Positions 54,021-63,919 of a DNA stretch of 64,000 nucleotides are shown piece by piece. This DNA is from an uncultured Acidobacteriota bacterium (GTDB lineage Bacteria; Acidobacteriota; Polarisedimenticolia; J045). The stretch lies in assembly GCA_963702425.1 (NCBI GenBank), contig CAVPCQ010000021.1:96001-160000 (forward strand). Reading direction: 5' to 3'. The position numbers were made by a program, and so were the translations under genes. The notes beneath the pieces were generated by a model. It was not told the DNA's origin. It searched no databases and saw nothing but the letters and a program-made list of their open reading frames with translations. Position 1 is the stretch's first letter. Each line of letters opens with the position of its first letter.

Positions 54021-54060
54021 CCGGGCGTTCCTGTGGGCTCTCCCCCACCGGAACGCCCGG
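54021..54060. terminator. Hairpin between convergent genes
   Basis: CCGGGCGTTCC...GGAACGCCCGG 11-bp stem; no clear U-tract. Confidence 0.45.
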
Positions 54061-54118
54061 GCCATGACGTACTTCACCTCGCCCGATCAGGCGGCGCCTC
54101 GAGCCGCACCTCGCTGCC

Positions 54119-55717
54119 TCAGTTGTTCGGCATCGGCAGCGTCTCCAGCTCCTTCAGGCGCTTCATGGCCTGCATCGCCTGCAGCGAGTTGTAGTTGATC
54201 CCCGCGGCGTTCAGGCTGCTCCCCTGCTGGAACGGATACTCCGGCAACGTCAGGAGGAACGTTTTCAGCTTTGCCTGCACCGGCACGAAGAGCCAGATGT
54301 TGTCGGCGTACCAGCGCAGGTAGAGCCCCGATTCGTGCGACGCCCGCTCGTACGGGTCGGCCCTCAGGTTGGTGATCACGGGCCAGCCGGGCACGGCGCG
54401 CACGGCCGTGGCGATGTTGCCGTCCATCGTGGCGAAGGACACTTTCCAGTCGTTCCAGCGCACGGCGTCCAGGTCGCCGGCCTGGCCGAAGTAGAAGATC
54501 TCCTCGCGCGGCCCCTTCGGGGCCTCGCCCCTGAAGTACGGCAGGAAGTTGTATCCGTCGAGATGCGCCTTCCAGGTCTTGCCGTTGGCTTGGTAACCCT
54601 GCTTCACCTTCTCGACGATGTTGGGCTCGCCGGCGGCCGCCAGGAGCGTCGGCAGCCAGTCTTCCTGCGAGAAGATCTCGTTGACGATCGTGCCGGGCTT
54701 GATCACCCCCGGCCAGCGGACGAGCATCGGCACGCGGAGGCCGCCTTCCCAGGTGGTGCCCTTCTCGCCCCGGAAGGGCATCATTCCACCATCCGGCCAG
54801 GTCCCGACCTCCGCCCCGTTGTCGGTGCCGTACACCACGATCGTGTTGTTCGCGATCCCCAGCTCCTCGAGCTTCTTCAGCAGTCCGCCGACCATGTCGT
54901 CGTGCTCGACCATGCCGTCGGGGTAGAGCCCGATCCCGGTCCGTCCCTGCGCCGAAGGCTTGAGACGGGTCCAGATGTGCATCCGGGTCGTGTTGAACCA
55001 GACGAAGAACGGCTTCCTCCCCGCCACCGCGGAGTCGATGAACTTGCTCGCCGCGGCGTAGATCTCGAGGTCCACGGTCGGCATCCGCTCGGTGGTCAGC
55101 GCGCCGGTATCCTCGATCTTCTGTCCGCCCTTGCCGTCCGACCAGGCGTGGATCACGCCGCGCGGGCCGTACTGCTTCCTGAACGCGGGGTCCTTCGGGT
55201 AGTAGTAGGTTTCCGGCTCCTCCTCGGCGTTCAGGTGGTAGAGGTTGCCGAGGAACTCGTCGAACCCGTGGACCGTCGGCAGGTGCGAGTCGCGGTCGCC
55301 CAGGTGGTTCTTGCCGAACTGGCCGGTGGCGTAGCCCTGGCCCTTCAGCAGGTCGGCGATGGTCGGCGCCCAATCCGGGATCCCCTGCGGCGAGCCGGGC
55401 ATGCCGATCGTCAGCAGGCCCGTCCGGAACGGGTGCTCCCCGAGGATGAACGACGCGCGGCCCGCGGTGCAGCTCTGCTGCGCGTAGGCGTCCGTGAACA
55501 GCGCCCCCTCCTTCGCCAGGCGGTCGATGTTCGGCGTCTTGTACCCCATGATCCCGAGGCTGTAGGCGCTGATGTTGTCGCGACCGACGTCGTCGCCCCA
55601 GATCACGAGGATGTTGGGCTTGTTGTCCGCCGCCAGCGCAGGGACCACGGCGCCCGCCAGCGCGGCCAGGGCGGCGAGCACTGCGTGACCCGTCTTGAGA
55701 ACATGGCTTCGTGTCAT
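54119..55717 (-). CDS. Arylsulfatase (Cys-type, CTAGR)
   Basis: KPNILVIWGDDVG, QQSCTAGRASF, FGKNHLGD, TDNG, FRGEKGTTWEGG. Confidence 0.95.
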   Translation of the reverse strand: MTRSHVLKTGHAVLAALAALAGAVVPALAADNKPNILVIWGDDVGRDNISAYSLGIMGYKTPNIDRLAKEGALFTDAYAQQSCTAGRASFILGEHPFRTGLLTIGMPGSPQGIPDWAPTIADLLKGQGYATGQFGKNHLGDRDSHLPTVHGFDEFLGNLYHLNAEEEPETYYYPKDPAFRKQYGPRGVIHAWSDGKGGQKIEDTGALTTERMPTVDLEIYAAASKFIDSAVAGRKPFFVWFNTTRMHIWTRLKPSAQGRTGIGLYPDGMVEHDDMVGGLLKKLEELGIANNTIVVYGTDNGAEVGTWPDGGMMPFRGEKGTTWEGGLRVPMLVRWPGVIKPGTIVNEIFSQEDWLPTLLAAAGEPNIVEKVKQGYQANGKTWKAHLDGYNFLPYFRGEAPKGPREEIFYFGQAGDLDAVRWNDWKVSFATMDGNIATAVRAVPGWPVITNLRADPYERASHESGLYLRWYADNIWLFVPVQAKLKTFLLTLPEYPFQQGSSLNAAGINYNSLQAMQAMKRLKELETLPMPNN

Positions 55718-55763
55718 GGGTTCTCCTCCGTGCCCATCGTCGTTGCGGTCCGCCGATCCCTCG

Positions 55764-56798
55764 CTACTCGTCGAACGAGAAGATCTTCTTCCAGTCGTCT
55801 TTCATGCTGATGACGACCCAGCCCTGCTTCTTCGCCTCGTCGTACAGCGCCTGGGGAAAGGCGCCGATCTTCGTGTCGGGCAGCCCCTGGGCCGGTCCGT
55901 AAGCATACTCGCGCTTCGCGTCGTCGTGGAGCACGAGCATCGCCAGCCGCGTCCCGTCCCCGGCCTTCGTGTACTCCAGCATCTCCCGGTCGCCGGCCGA
56001 GTTGCCGAATGCGGCCCGCGGCCGGCGGCCGATCATCAGGTGGATCCCCTCCGGCTTGCCCGCCTTGTCGTCGTTGAGCAGGAGCTTGGGCTCCTTGGTC
56101 AGGATCGGCTTGCCGTCCTTGCCGTAGCCGTAGGTCGTCCCGCCGGCGGTGCCGACCACCTGCTCGGGCGGGATGCCGTAGACGGCCTCCGAATAGACGC
56201 GCACGAAGTCCTGGCCGCCGCCGGTGACGATGTAGGTCTTGTAGCCGCTGGCGCGCAGGTACTTCAGCAGCTCCTGCATCGGCTGATACGTCAGTTCGGT
56301 GTACGGCCGCTTCCAGCGCGGGTCCCTGGCCGTGCCGAGCCACTTCGCCACCTCGGCATTGAACTCATCCACCGTCATGCCGGTCAGGGTGGCGGCGAGG
56401 ATCTTCTCGAGCTCCGGCATCGAGAGCTTCGCCATGGCCTCCCGGTTGCCGGACATCACGGTCTTGAACGGCTCGACGTCCTTCAACTCGGGCTTCTTCG
56501 CCACGAGCGCCGGGACCCGCTCCAGGCAGTACATCACCTGCGAGTACATCGGGTGCGACACCCACAGCGTTCCGTCCTGATCGAAGGTGGTGATGCGCTC
56601 GGAGGGGGGTACGAACTTCGGGCTGGCCTTGTCGGTCGTCTCCTTCACGAACGCGATGATGGCCTGCTTGGCGGCGCCATCCTTCCACGAGGGGAGCGGG
56701 TCGGACTGCGCCTGGGCCCGAGTGCTCAGCAGTGGCAGGACGAACAGCGTCACGGCTGCAACGCAAGCTGCTGCGCAGCGCGACTTGGTCGGTTTCAT
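55764..56798 (-). CDS. Secreted HAD-superfamily phosphatase (nonspecific acid phosphatase-like)
   Basis: AGGAGG RBS; DPLPSW, FDQDGTLW (motif I), IVTGGG, AFGNSAGD, LHDDAKREYAY. Confidence 0.9.
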   Translation of the reverse strand: MKPTKSRCAAACVAAVTLFVLPLLSTRAQAQSDPLPSWKDGAAKQAIIAFVKETTDKASPKFVPPSERITTFDQDGTLWVSHPMYSQVMYCLERVPALVAKKPELKDVEPFKTVMSGNREAMAKLSMPELEKILAATLTGMTVDEFNAEVAKWLGTARDPRWKRPYTELTYQPMQELLKYLRASGYKTYIVTGGGQDFVRVYSEAVYGIPPEQVVGTAGGTTYGYGKDGKPILTKEPKLLLNDDKAGKPEGIHLMIGRRPRAAFGNSAGDREMLEYTKAGDGTRLAMLVLHDDAKREYAYGPAQGLPDTKIGAFPQALYDEAKKQGWVVISMKDDWKKIFSFDE

Positions 56799-56813
56799 CG
56801 TCTCCTCCTGGCT

Positions 56814-56850
56814 AAAAGAAAGGCGGGCGGCCCGTTCGGTCCGCCCGCCT
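56814..56850 (-). terminator. Intrinsic terminator/attenuator between sulfatase and HAD genes
   Basis: AGGCGGGCGG...CCGCCCGCCT stem followed on the minus strand by TTCTTTT, just upstream of the HAD RBS. Confidence 0.7.
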
Positions 56851-56893
56851 GGCAGCATCACAAGCCCTTGCCGCCGTCCTGGCTCGCTACGTC

Positions 56894-58642
56894 CTAGTCT
56901 CCATTGGCGCGAGTCTTCGCCATATCATCCTTCACCTGTTGGAGAACCTGGGCCAGGCTGTAGGACGCCGGGGACTGCAGCGCCGGGTAAGGCCCGTAGC
57001 TTTCAAGTTCCTGCAGCCACAGCGCCTGGCCGATGGGAATGATGTTCCAGTCGTAGATGTAGGCGGTGACGGGCCCGCCAAGTGCGCCGCCCTGGCCAAG
57101 GAGGGTTTTCGGTTCGAAACCGACGGAACCCTCGAATGGATCCCGCTTGATGTTGTCGACCAGAGGCCAGTGGAAGGTATGGACCCCCATCAGGCCACCG
57201 GTCGCGGCCTCGGACGCCATCGCGAAGTAGATTTTCCAGTTCTTGTAGCGCACGGCCGACGGAACAGGGCCTCCGTAGTAGAAAAAGGTGTCCCGCGCCG
57301 ATTTCGCAGACTTGCCGGTCAGATAGTCGAGCTGGTTGACCCCGTTGAGCTTGGTCTTGACGATACCGGGATACTTGCCCGCCATGATCTTCTCGTTGAG
57401 GGCGTTGCCCTTGGCGCCACCGGCAATCTCAACAAAAGTCGGCATCCAGTCGTAGGACGCGAAGATGTCGTTCAGGACCGTGCCCGGCTTGATATGTCCC
57501 GGCCAGCGGATGACACAAGGCGCGCGCATCCCACCTTCCCAGGTGGTCAGCTTGCCGCCCTTGAACGGCGTGTTGCCGCCGTCGGGGTAGGTGATCACTT
57601 CCGCGCCGTTGTCGGTGGTGAAGACGACGATGGTGTTGTCGAGCTGGCCCATCTCCTCCAGCTTCTTCAGCACGTAGCCGATGTTGTCGTCCATCTGCTT
57701 CATGCCGGCTTCGTTGATGCCCCAGTCCTTACCGCCGGGCGTACCGACCATCGCCATGTACTTGTCGGACAGCATGGTGGTGATGTGCATACGCGCCGGG
57801 TTGTACCAGACGAAGAAGGGCTTGCCGGTCTTCTTCGGGTCGTTGCGATCGAGGAAGTCGATGACCTTGGCCGAGATCTCCTCGTCCGCGGTCTTCGAGC
57901 GCTCGAGCGTCATCGGCCCCTGGTCGCTGCACGACTGGTTCGCCTCGGTGCCGTCGGAGGACTTGCACCAGATCACGGGCCGCGGCGGCGTCATGCAGAG
58001 GGCCGTCTTCGGATCCACCGCGCCCGGGACCTCGGTGAGGCCGCGCACCGGCGTGTTCTTGCACGGCGCGATGATGGCCTGGTCAGTCGGGGTCTTGTTG
58101 ATGTCGGGGAAACTCACACCTTGCATCGCGTCCAAGTGGTAGAGGTAGCCCCAGAACTCCTGGAAGCCGTGCGCCGTCGGCAGCGCCGCCGAGTGGTCGC
58201 CCAGGTGGTTCTTGCCGAACTCGCCGGTGTTGTAGCCGAGGTCGAGCAGGAACCTGGCCAGCGACGGCGTGCCGGGCTGCAGGAAGGACGGGCTGCCGGG
58301 CAATTGCGGCGGGATCATACCGGCGCGCAGCGGCGTCATGCCGGTGAAGAAGGCGGTACGCCCAGCCGTGCAGCTTTGCTCGGCGTAGTAGGTCATGAAC
58401 ATCGCACCCTCTTGCCCGATCCGGTCGATGTTCGGCGTCTCGCCGACCATCAGGCCGCGGTGATAGATGCTCGGCTGCATCCAGCCGATATCGTCACCCA
58501 TGATGAACAGGATGTTGGGCTTGTCGGTCGCGGCGGAGGCGACGCCGGCAGCCAGGCACGCCATGAGGGCGAGGGCTGCGGTAACGCGCACCAGCCTCAC
58601 GGTAAAGTCGCGTTTCCGAGATGAACTCGTATTGCCACGCAT
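56894..58642 (-). CDS. Arylsulfatase (Cys-type, CTAGR) with Cys-rich insertion
   Basis: KPNILFIMGDDIG, EQSCTAGR, FGKNHLGD, TTDNG, FKGGKLTTWEGG. Confidence 0.95.
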   Translation of the reverse strand: MRGNTSSSRKRDFTVRLVRVTAALALMACLAAGVASAATDKPNILFIMGDDIGWMQPSIYHRGLMVGETPNIDRIGQEGAMFMTYYAEQSCTAGRTAFFTGMTPLRAGMIPPQLPGSPSFLQPGTPSLARFLLDLGYNTGEFGKNHLGDHSAALPTAHGFQEFWGYLYHLDAMQGVSFPDINKTPTDQAIIAPCKNTPVRGLTEVPGAVDPKTALCMTPPRPVIWCKSSDGTEANQSCSDQGPMTLERSKTADEEISAKVIDFLDRNDPKKTGKPFFVWYNPARMHITTMLSDKYMAMVGTPGGKDWGINEAGMKQMDDNIGYVLKKLEEMGQLDNTIVVFTTDNGAEVITYPDGGNTPFKGGKLTTWEGGMRAPCVIRWPGHIKPGTVLNDIFASYDWMPTFVEIAGGAKGNALNEKIMAGKYPGIVKTKLNGVNQLDYLTGKSAKSARDTFFYYGGPVPSAVRYKNWKIYFAMASEAATGGLMGVHTFHWPLVDNIKRDPFEGSVGFEPKTLLGQGGALGGPVTAYIYDWNIIPIGQALWLQELESYGPYPALQSPASYSLAQVLQQVKDDMAKTRANGD

Positions 58643-58794
58643 AGGCAGTCTCCTTCTCGCAGGTTCTCGTTGCTTGGCGGACGAGGTCGGTCCAGTGATC
58701 GGTCGCCCGATCGACCGCCTGATCGGCCACAGTCAGGCGGAGGGTATCATCGTGCCGGTGGGTCGTTCGCGTCGCTGCCCGAAAGGGCAATGAA

Positions 58795-59406
58795 CTACAG
58801 GCGCCGCAGTTGCTCCGCCAGCCGGCCCAGCTCGGCCGCCGAGCCGACTCCAAGCTTCGCCATGACCTGTGCCCGCTCCGCCTTGACGGTGCGCTCCGAA
58901 ACGCCGATCTCCTCGGCGATCTGCTTGTTGATCTCGCCGCTGACGATGCGATCGAAGACCTCACGCTCGCGGGGCGCAAGCGAGGCGAAAAGCCCGCGCA
59001 GCCGATCGGCCTCCGCGCGGTCCGCGCGCCGGCCTGCGTCGCGTTCCAGCGCCCGCCGGAGGGCGTCGAGCAAGACATCGCGTTCAACCGGTTTCGTCAG
59101 GAAGTCAACCGCTCCCGACTTCATCGCCCGCACGCTGGAGGCCACGTCGGCGTGGGCCGTCAGGAAGATCACCGGCAACTCGATGCCCCGGGTCGCCAGG
59201 TCGGCCTGCAGCTCGAGGCCCGACGGGCCGGGCATCCGGAGATCGAGCAGCACGCAGCCGGGGCGGTCCGGCGGCGGGTGCAGCAGGAAGTCGCCCGCCG
59301 ACGGGTAGCCGTGGGCTTCGAAGCCGGCCGCGCCGAGCAGCCGCAGCAGCGCGGAGCGCAGCGACTCGTCGTCGTCGACGACGTGGATCAGTGGTTTCGT
59401 GCTCAT
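58795..59406 (-). CDS. FixJ/LuxR-family response regulator
   Basis: IHVVDDDES.R, GCVLLDLRMPG.SG, GAVDFLTKP, REREV...NKQIA...SERTVK. Confidence 0.93.
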   Translation of the reverse strand: MSTKPLIHVVDDDESLRSALLRLLGAAGFEAHGYPSAGDFLLHPPPDRPGCVLLDLRMPGPSGLELQADLATRGIELPVIFLTAHADVASSVRAMKSGAVDFLTKPVERDVLLDALRRALERDAGRRADRAEADRLRGLFASLAPREREVFDRIVSGEINKQIAEEIGVSERTVKAERAQVMAKLGVGSAAELGRLAEQLRRL

Positions 59407-61343
59407 GCCTGTGCCGGCAGCTCGACGTGAAACACCGCCCCTTCGCCGTCGCGGTTCTCGGCCCAGATCCGGCCGCCGTGCGTCTCGACGAGGGTGCGGG
59501 CGATCGGCAGGCCCAGTCCCATGCCCGCGCGCTTGGTGCTGAAGAAGGACTCGAAGAGCCTCGGCAGGTGCTCGGGCGGGATGCCGTGGCCGCGATCGCG
59601 CACCGTGATGGACGCGCGGCCCGCGCCGTTTTCGACCACCACGAGGACCGTGCGCCGGGCCTCGGGCGCATCGGCCACCGCGTCCAGGGCGTTGAGCACC
59701 AGGTTGATCAGCACCTGCTGGATCTGGATCCGGTCCCCGACCACCGTGACGGGAGTCGCCGCGGGCCGGACGTCGAGCGTCACGCGCCGTCGCTTCGCTT
59801 CCGCCCGCAGCACCGACTCGGCATCGCTCAGCGTCTCGTTCAGGTCGAACGGCTGCAGCTCGACCTCGTGCCGGGCGAGCAGCGTCCGCAGCCGGCGGAT
59901 CACCTCGCTGGCCCGCAGGTCGTCGCGGCGAATGTCGGCGAGGATCTCGCGCAGCTCGTCGCGCCGATTCACTCCCGACTCGAGGATCAGCTCGGCGGCC
60001 TCGGCGTTGCTCAGGATCGCGCCGAGCGGCTGGTTGATCTCGTGGGCGATCGAGGCCGTCAGCTCGCCCGCGACCGCGAGCCGCGACGCATGTGCGAGCT
60101 GAAAGCGCTGATTCTCCAGGGTGCGCTCCGTCTGGCGACGGCGATGGCGTTCAACGAGGAGCCCGGCGATCAGCAGCGTCTGGAGCAGGAAGGCGACGAC
60201 GGCGACGATCGACTCGGTCCGGTGAGCCTCCAGGAACGAGGGCGTCCTGAAGAGCACGACGGCGTCGCCCGGGATCGCCGCTTCGTCGATGCCCCAACGG
60301 CGGACTTGCCGCCAGTCGACGGTCACGGTCGTCGGCATGATCTCGGGCAACTGGATCGAGGCCGGCGAAGCGCCGTCCAGCAGCGCGTTCACGACCTGTC
60401 CCGCCTGCCTCCCCATGGCCTCGAAGCTCGCCACGCGGCCACCCACGACCCCCGTACCCAGGAATGTGCTGAACGGGCCGTACACGGGTGCGCTCGCCGC
60501 GGCGGCCACCATCTCGGCGGACTCTCGCGGGGTGATGCTGCGTCCGTTGCCGTCCTGGAAGTAGCCGGGCGTGAACACGATCTCCTCCGGCCCCGGCCTT
60601 CCCAACCGCTCCTGCAGCGCGCTGGTCGGTAGCCCGGCGAGGAACTCGACCGCTACGCGCCCCTCGAACCGACCGACCTCGTCGCGCAGACGGGCTTCGA
60701 CCTCCCGGTCCGGTGCGGCGGCGCCCGTCACCACGACCAGGCGTCGGGCCCGCGGATGCCAGCGAAGCGCCAGGTCGATGGTCCCGGCGTAGTCGTAATC
60801 GACGGGGACACCGATCACGTCGTCCGGCAGCGGCGGGATCGCCTGCAGGGCCGCCCGGGAAATGCCCATGTAGACTACCGGGAGCGTCGGGAACAGCTCC
60901 GCGCGGTGGTGCAGCAGGAATTCGAGCGCGCCTGCGCCCGCCGCGATGACCACGTCCGGGGGGTGCAGGGCGTACTTCTCCTGCAGGAACACGGTGAAGG
61001 CGTGAGCGTAGGACTCGCCCTCGAACGCGGGATAGTCGAGGAACTCGGCGTGCAGCTCCGTGGGCCGATCCCGCGACTTCGCGATCGCTTCCTGCAGCCC
61101 CCGATCGGCGTCGACGTTTGCCGGCAGCATCCGGCCGTTGGAGTAGAGCACCAGGACGTGCCTGGTCTCCCCTGCGGACATTGCCGGACGGCTGCCTGCG
61201 ACGACCAGTCCCGCGACGGCCAGGACGCACGCGCACCGCAAGGCCGAGCACGCGGACCGCGGCGGACGCGACGTGGAATCGACCCGCCCCTCCCGGGAGG
61301 GCTCGAAGCGGGGTGCGCCCGGACGATGCGAGCCACGGTTCAC
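59403..61343 (-). CDS. Sensor kinase with periplasmic ABC-substrate-binding-like domain and FixL-type kinase core
   Basis: GELTASIAHEINQPLGAIL.N, GDRIQIQQVLINLVLNA, GMGLGL. Start uncertain. Confidence 0.9.
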   Translation of the reverse strand: MNRGSHRPGAPRFEPSREGRVDSTSRPPRSACSALRCACVLAVAGLVVAGSRPAMSAGETRHVLVLYSNGRMLPANVDADRGLQEAIAKSRDRPTELHAEFLDYPAFEGESYAHAFTVFLQEKYALHPPDVVIAAGAGALEFLLHHRAELFPTLPVVYMGISRAALQAIPPLPDDVIGVPVDYDYAGTIDLALRWHPRARRLVVVTGAAAPDREVEARLRDEVGRFEGRVAVEFLAGLPTSALQERLGRPGPEEIVFTPGYFQDGNGRSITPRESAEMVAAAASAPVYGPFSTFLGTGVVGGRVASFEAMGRQAGQVVNALLDGASPASIQLPEIMPTTVTVDWRQVRRWGIDEAAIPGDAVVLFRTPSFLEAHRTESIVAVVAFLLQTLLIAGLLVERHRRRQTERTLENQRFQLAHASRLAVAGELTASIAHEINQPLGAILSNAEAAELILESGVNRRDELREILADIRRDDLRASEVIRRLRTLLARHEVELQPFDLNETLSDAESVLRAEAKRRRVTLDVRPAATPVTVVGDRIQIQQVLINLVLNALDAVADAPEARRTVLVVVENGAGRASITVRDRGHGIPPEHLPRLFESFFSTKRAGMGLGLPIARTLVETHGGRIWAENRDGEGAVFHVELPAQA

Positions 61344-61504
61344 GACCCGCGAAGGGTAGCACCGGGGGCCCGGGGCGCGGGGAACCGCGCGGGACCGGGG
61401 GACTTCCCGAGTTCATCCAAGACGAGTAGCCTCCCTTCCGGCCTGGCCGGCATTCACCTGCCCGGGCATCCCCAGGCATCGAACGCAACGAGAGGGGTGG
61501 CTTC

Positions 61505-63919
61505 ATGGAGAGAGTACCGTTCGCTGCCGTCGCCGCCGCGATCGCGATCCTCGGCCTCGCGGCCTGCTCCCGCGACGAGGTCCGGCCGGCCGCTCCCGGT
61601 TCGTCGTCCGGTCCACCGCCCGGCTACGCCGGCTCGTCGAGCTGCCGCGAGTGCCACGAGAAGTTCTACCAGCTCTGGTCGACCTCGATGCACGGCCTGG
61701 CGATGCAGCCGTACGGCGCCGAGTTCGCGAAGGCCCGCCTTTCCCCCCAGTCGCAGCCGGTCACGATCGGCGAGTACACCTACCGCGCCGACATCGCCGG
61801 GCCGAGCGGGGCCATCGTGGAGACGGGACCCAGGGGCGAGAAGCGGTATCCGATCGAGCAGGCCCTCGGCGGCAAGAACGTCTTCTATTTTCTGACCCCC
61901 TTCCCCAACGGCCGGCTGCAGACCCTCCCCCTGGCCTACGACGTCGGCACGAAGCAGTGGTTCGACGCCGCGGAGAGCGGCATCCGCCACTTCCCGGGCG
62001 CGCGCCAGAGCGAGGCCGTCCATTGGACGGACACGCAGTACACGTTCAACACCAGCTGCTACAACTGCCACGTCAGCCAGCTCTCGACGAACTACGACGC
62101 GGCGAGCGACACCTACCACACGACCTGGACCGAGCCGGGGATCAACTGCGAGACGTGCCACGGCCTGTCGAGGAAGCACAACGAGATCGCCCGGGCGACT
62201 CCCAAGGGCCAGCCGCTCCCCGAGCTGGGCCTGATCAGCACCAAGACCATGACCAGGGAGCAGCGCAACGACCTGTGCGTCAGCTGCCACGCCAAGGGAA
62301 GCCCGCTGACCGCGACCTACCGCCCGGGAGAGCGCTTCTTCGATCACTTCGACCTCGCCACGCTGGAAGATGCCGACTACTACCCGGACGGACGCGATCT
62401 GGGCGAGAACTACACGGCAACCTCGTGGCGCATGAGCCCGTGCGCGCAGTCCGGCCAGCTCGACTGCCTCCACTGCCACACCTCGAGCGGCCGCTACCGG
62501 TTCAAGGACCCGGCGAAGGCGAACGACTCCTGCCTGCCGTGCCACGAGGAGCGGGTGAAGAACGCCCCGGCCCACACGCACCACCCCGAGGGCAGCCCCG
62601 GGAACCGCTGCACGGCCTGTCACATGCCGATGACCGCCTTCGCGCGCATGAACCGCAGCGACCACTCGATGCTCCCGCCCGCGCCGGCGGCGACCCTCGC
62701 CTACAAGTCGCCCAACGCGTGCAACCTGTGCCACCCGGAGCAGGACGCCGCCTGGGCCGACCGGCTGGTCCGCGAGTGGCGTCCCCGCGACTACCAGGCG
62801 CCGCTCCTCGAGCGAGCGGCACTGGTGGAGGCCGCGCGCAAGCGCGACTGGAGCAGGCTGCCGGCGATGCTGGCCTACATCCGGTCGAAGGACCGCGACG
62901 AGATCTTCGCCGCCTCGCTGATCCGGCTCCTGGCGTCGTGCCCCGACGAGCGGGTCGCCCCTGCCCTGCTGGTCGCTGCCAAGGACCCGTCGCCGCTCGT
63001 GCGCTCGGCGGCGATCGACGGGCTCGCGACCAGGCCATCGCCACAGGCCCTGCGGGCCCTGCTCGACGCGACGGGCGACGCCTACCGCGTCGTCCGGGTC
63101 CGCGCCGCCGCGGGGCTGGCCGGGTTCCCCATGGATCGGCTCCCGCCGCAGCTCCACACGCAGCTCGAGCGGGCGGACGTGGAATACGTCGACTTCATCA
63201 CGACGCGCCCCGACCAGTGGTCGTCGCACTACAACCTGGGCAACTACCAGATGAGCCGCGGAGAGACGGCAAAGGCCCTGGCGTCCTTCGAGGCCGCGCT
63301 GAAGCGCGAGCCGCGGGCCGTGCTGCCGATGGTCAACGCGTCGATCGCGTACGCGCGGACGGGAGAGGTCGACAAGGCGGAGCAGATGCTGGAGAAGGCA
63401 CTCGCCGTCGCGCCGGACAGCGCAGCGGCCCAGTTCAACATGGGACTGGTGAAAGCCGAGCAGAAGGACACGAAGCAGGCGGAAGTTCACCTCAGGAAGG
63501 CGGTCGCGCTCGACCCCGGGATGGCGCAGGCCGCGTTCAACCTCTGCATCGTGATCGCGCCGGACCGCGTCGACGAGGCGATCGCCTGGTGCCGGAAGGC
63601 GGCGGAGCTGCTCCCACAGGAGCCGCGGTACGCCTCCACGCTCGCGTTCTACCTGAACCAGAAGGGGGACCAGGCGGGCGCGGTGGCGGTCCTGACTCGC
63701 CTGATCGGCGCCCACCCGGAACATCTCGACGCCTACACGCTGCTGGGCAGCATCTACGAGGGCCAGGGGAAGCGGTCGAAGGCGGAGGGCGTGTACCGCA
63801 AGGCGCTGGCTGCGGAGGGGATGGCCGGCCAGGACAAGGTCGCGATAGCGGCCCGGCTGAGCGCGCTGCAACGGGGCGGTGCGCCGGCCCGAACTCGGCG
63901 CCCGCCCGCCTCCCCCTAA
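61505..63919 (+). CDS. Octaheme c-type cytochrome lipoprotein with HEAT and TPR repeats
   Basis: Lipobox LAAC; eight CxxCH motifs (CRECH, CYNCH, CETCH, CVSCH, CLHCH, CLPCH, CTACH, CNLCH); DPSPLVR HEAT repeats; C-terminal TPRs. Confidence 0.92.
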   Translation: MERVPFAAVAAAIAILGLAACSRDEVRPAAPGSSSGPPPGYAGSSSCRECHEKFYQLWSTSMHGLAMQPYGAEFAKARLSPQSQPVTIGEYTYRADIAGPSGAIVETGPRGEKRYPIEQALGGKNVFYFLTPFPNGRLQTLPLAYDVGTKQWFDAAESGIRHFPGARQSEAVHWTDTQYTFNTSCYNCHVSQLSTNYDAASDTYHTTWTEPGINCETCHGLSRKHNEIARATPKGQPLPELGLISTKTMTREQRNDLCVSCHAKGSPLTATYRPGERFFDHFDLATLEDADYYPDGRDLGENYTATSWRMSPCAQSGQLDCLHCHTSSGRYRFKDPAKANDSCLPCHEERVKNAPAHTHHPEGSPGNRCTACHMPMTAFARMNRSDHSMLPPAPAATLAYKSPNACNLCHPEQDAAWADRLVREWRPRDYQAPLLERAALVEAARKRDWSRLPAMLAYIRSKDRDEIFAASLIRLLASCPDERVAPALLVAAKDPSPLVRSAAIDGLATRPSPQALRALLDATGDAYRVVRVRAAAGLAGFPMDRLPPQLHTQLERADVEYVDFITTRPDQWSSHYNLGNYQMSRGETAKALASFEAALKREPRAVLPMVNASIAYARTGEVDKAEQMLEKALAVAPDSAAAQFNMGLVKAEQKDTKQAEVHLRKAVALDPGMAQAAFNLCIVIAPDRVDEAIAWCRKAAELLPQEPRYASTLAFYLNQKGDQAGAVAVLTRLIGAHPEHLDAYTLLGSIYEGQGKRSKAEGVYRKALAAEGMAGQDKVAIAARLSALQRGGAPARTRRPPASP

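Noticed and set aside
61505-63919. NrfA nitrite reductase assignment
   Set aside because: No CxxCK motif; eight rather than five hemes; HEAT/TPR fusion.
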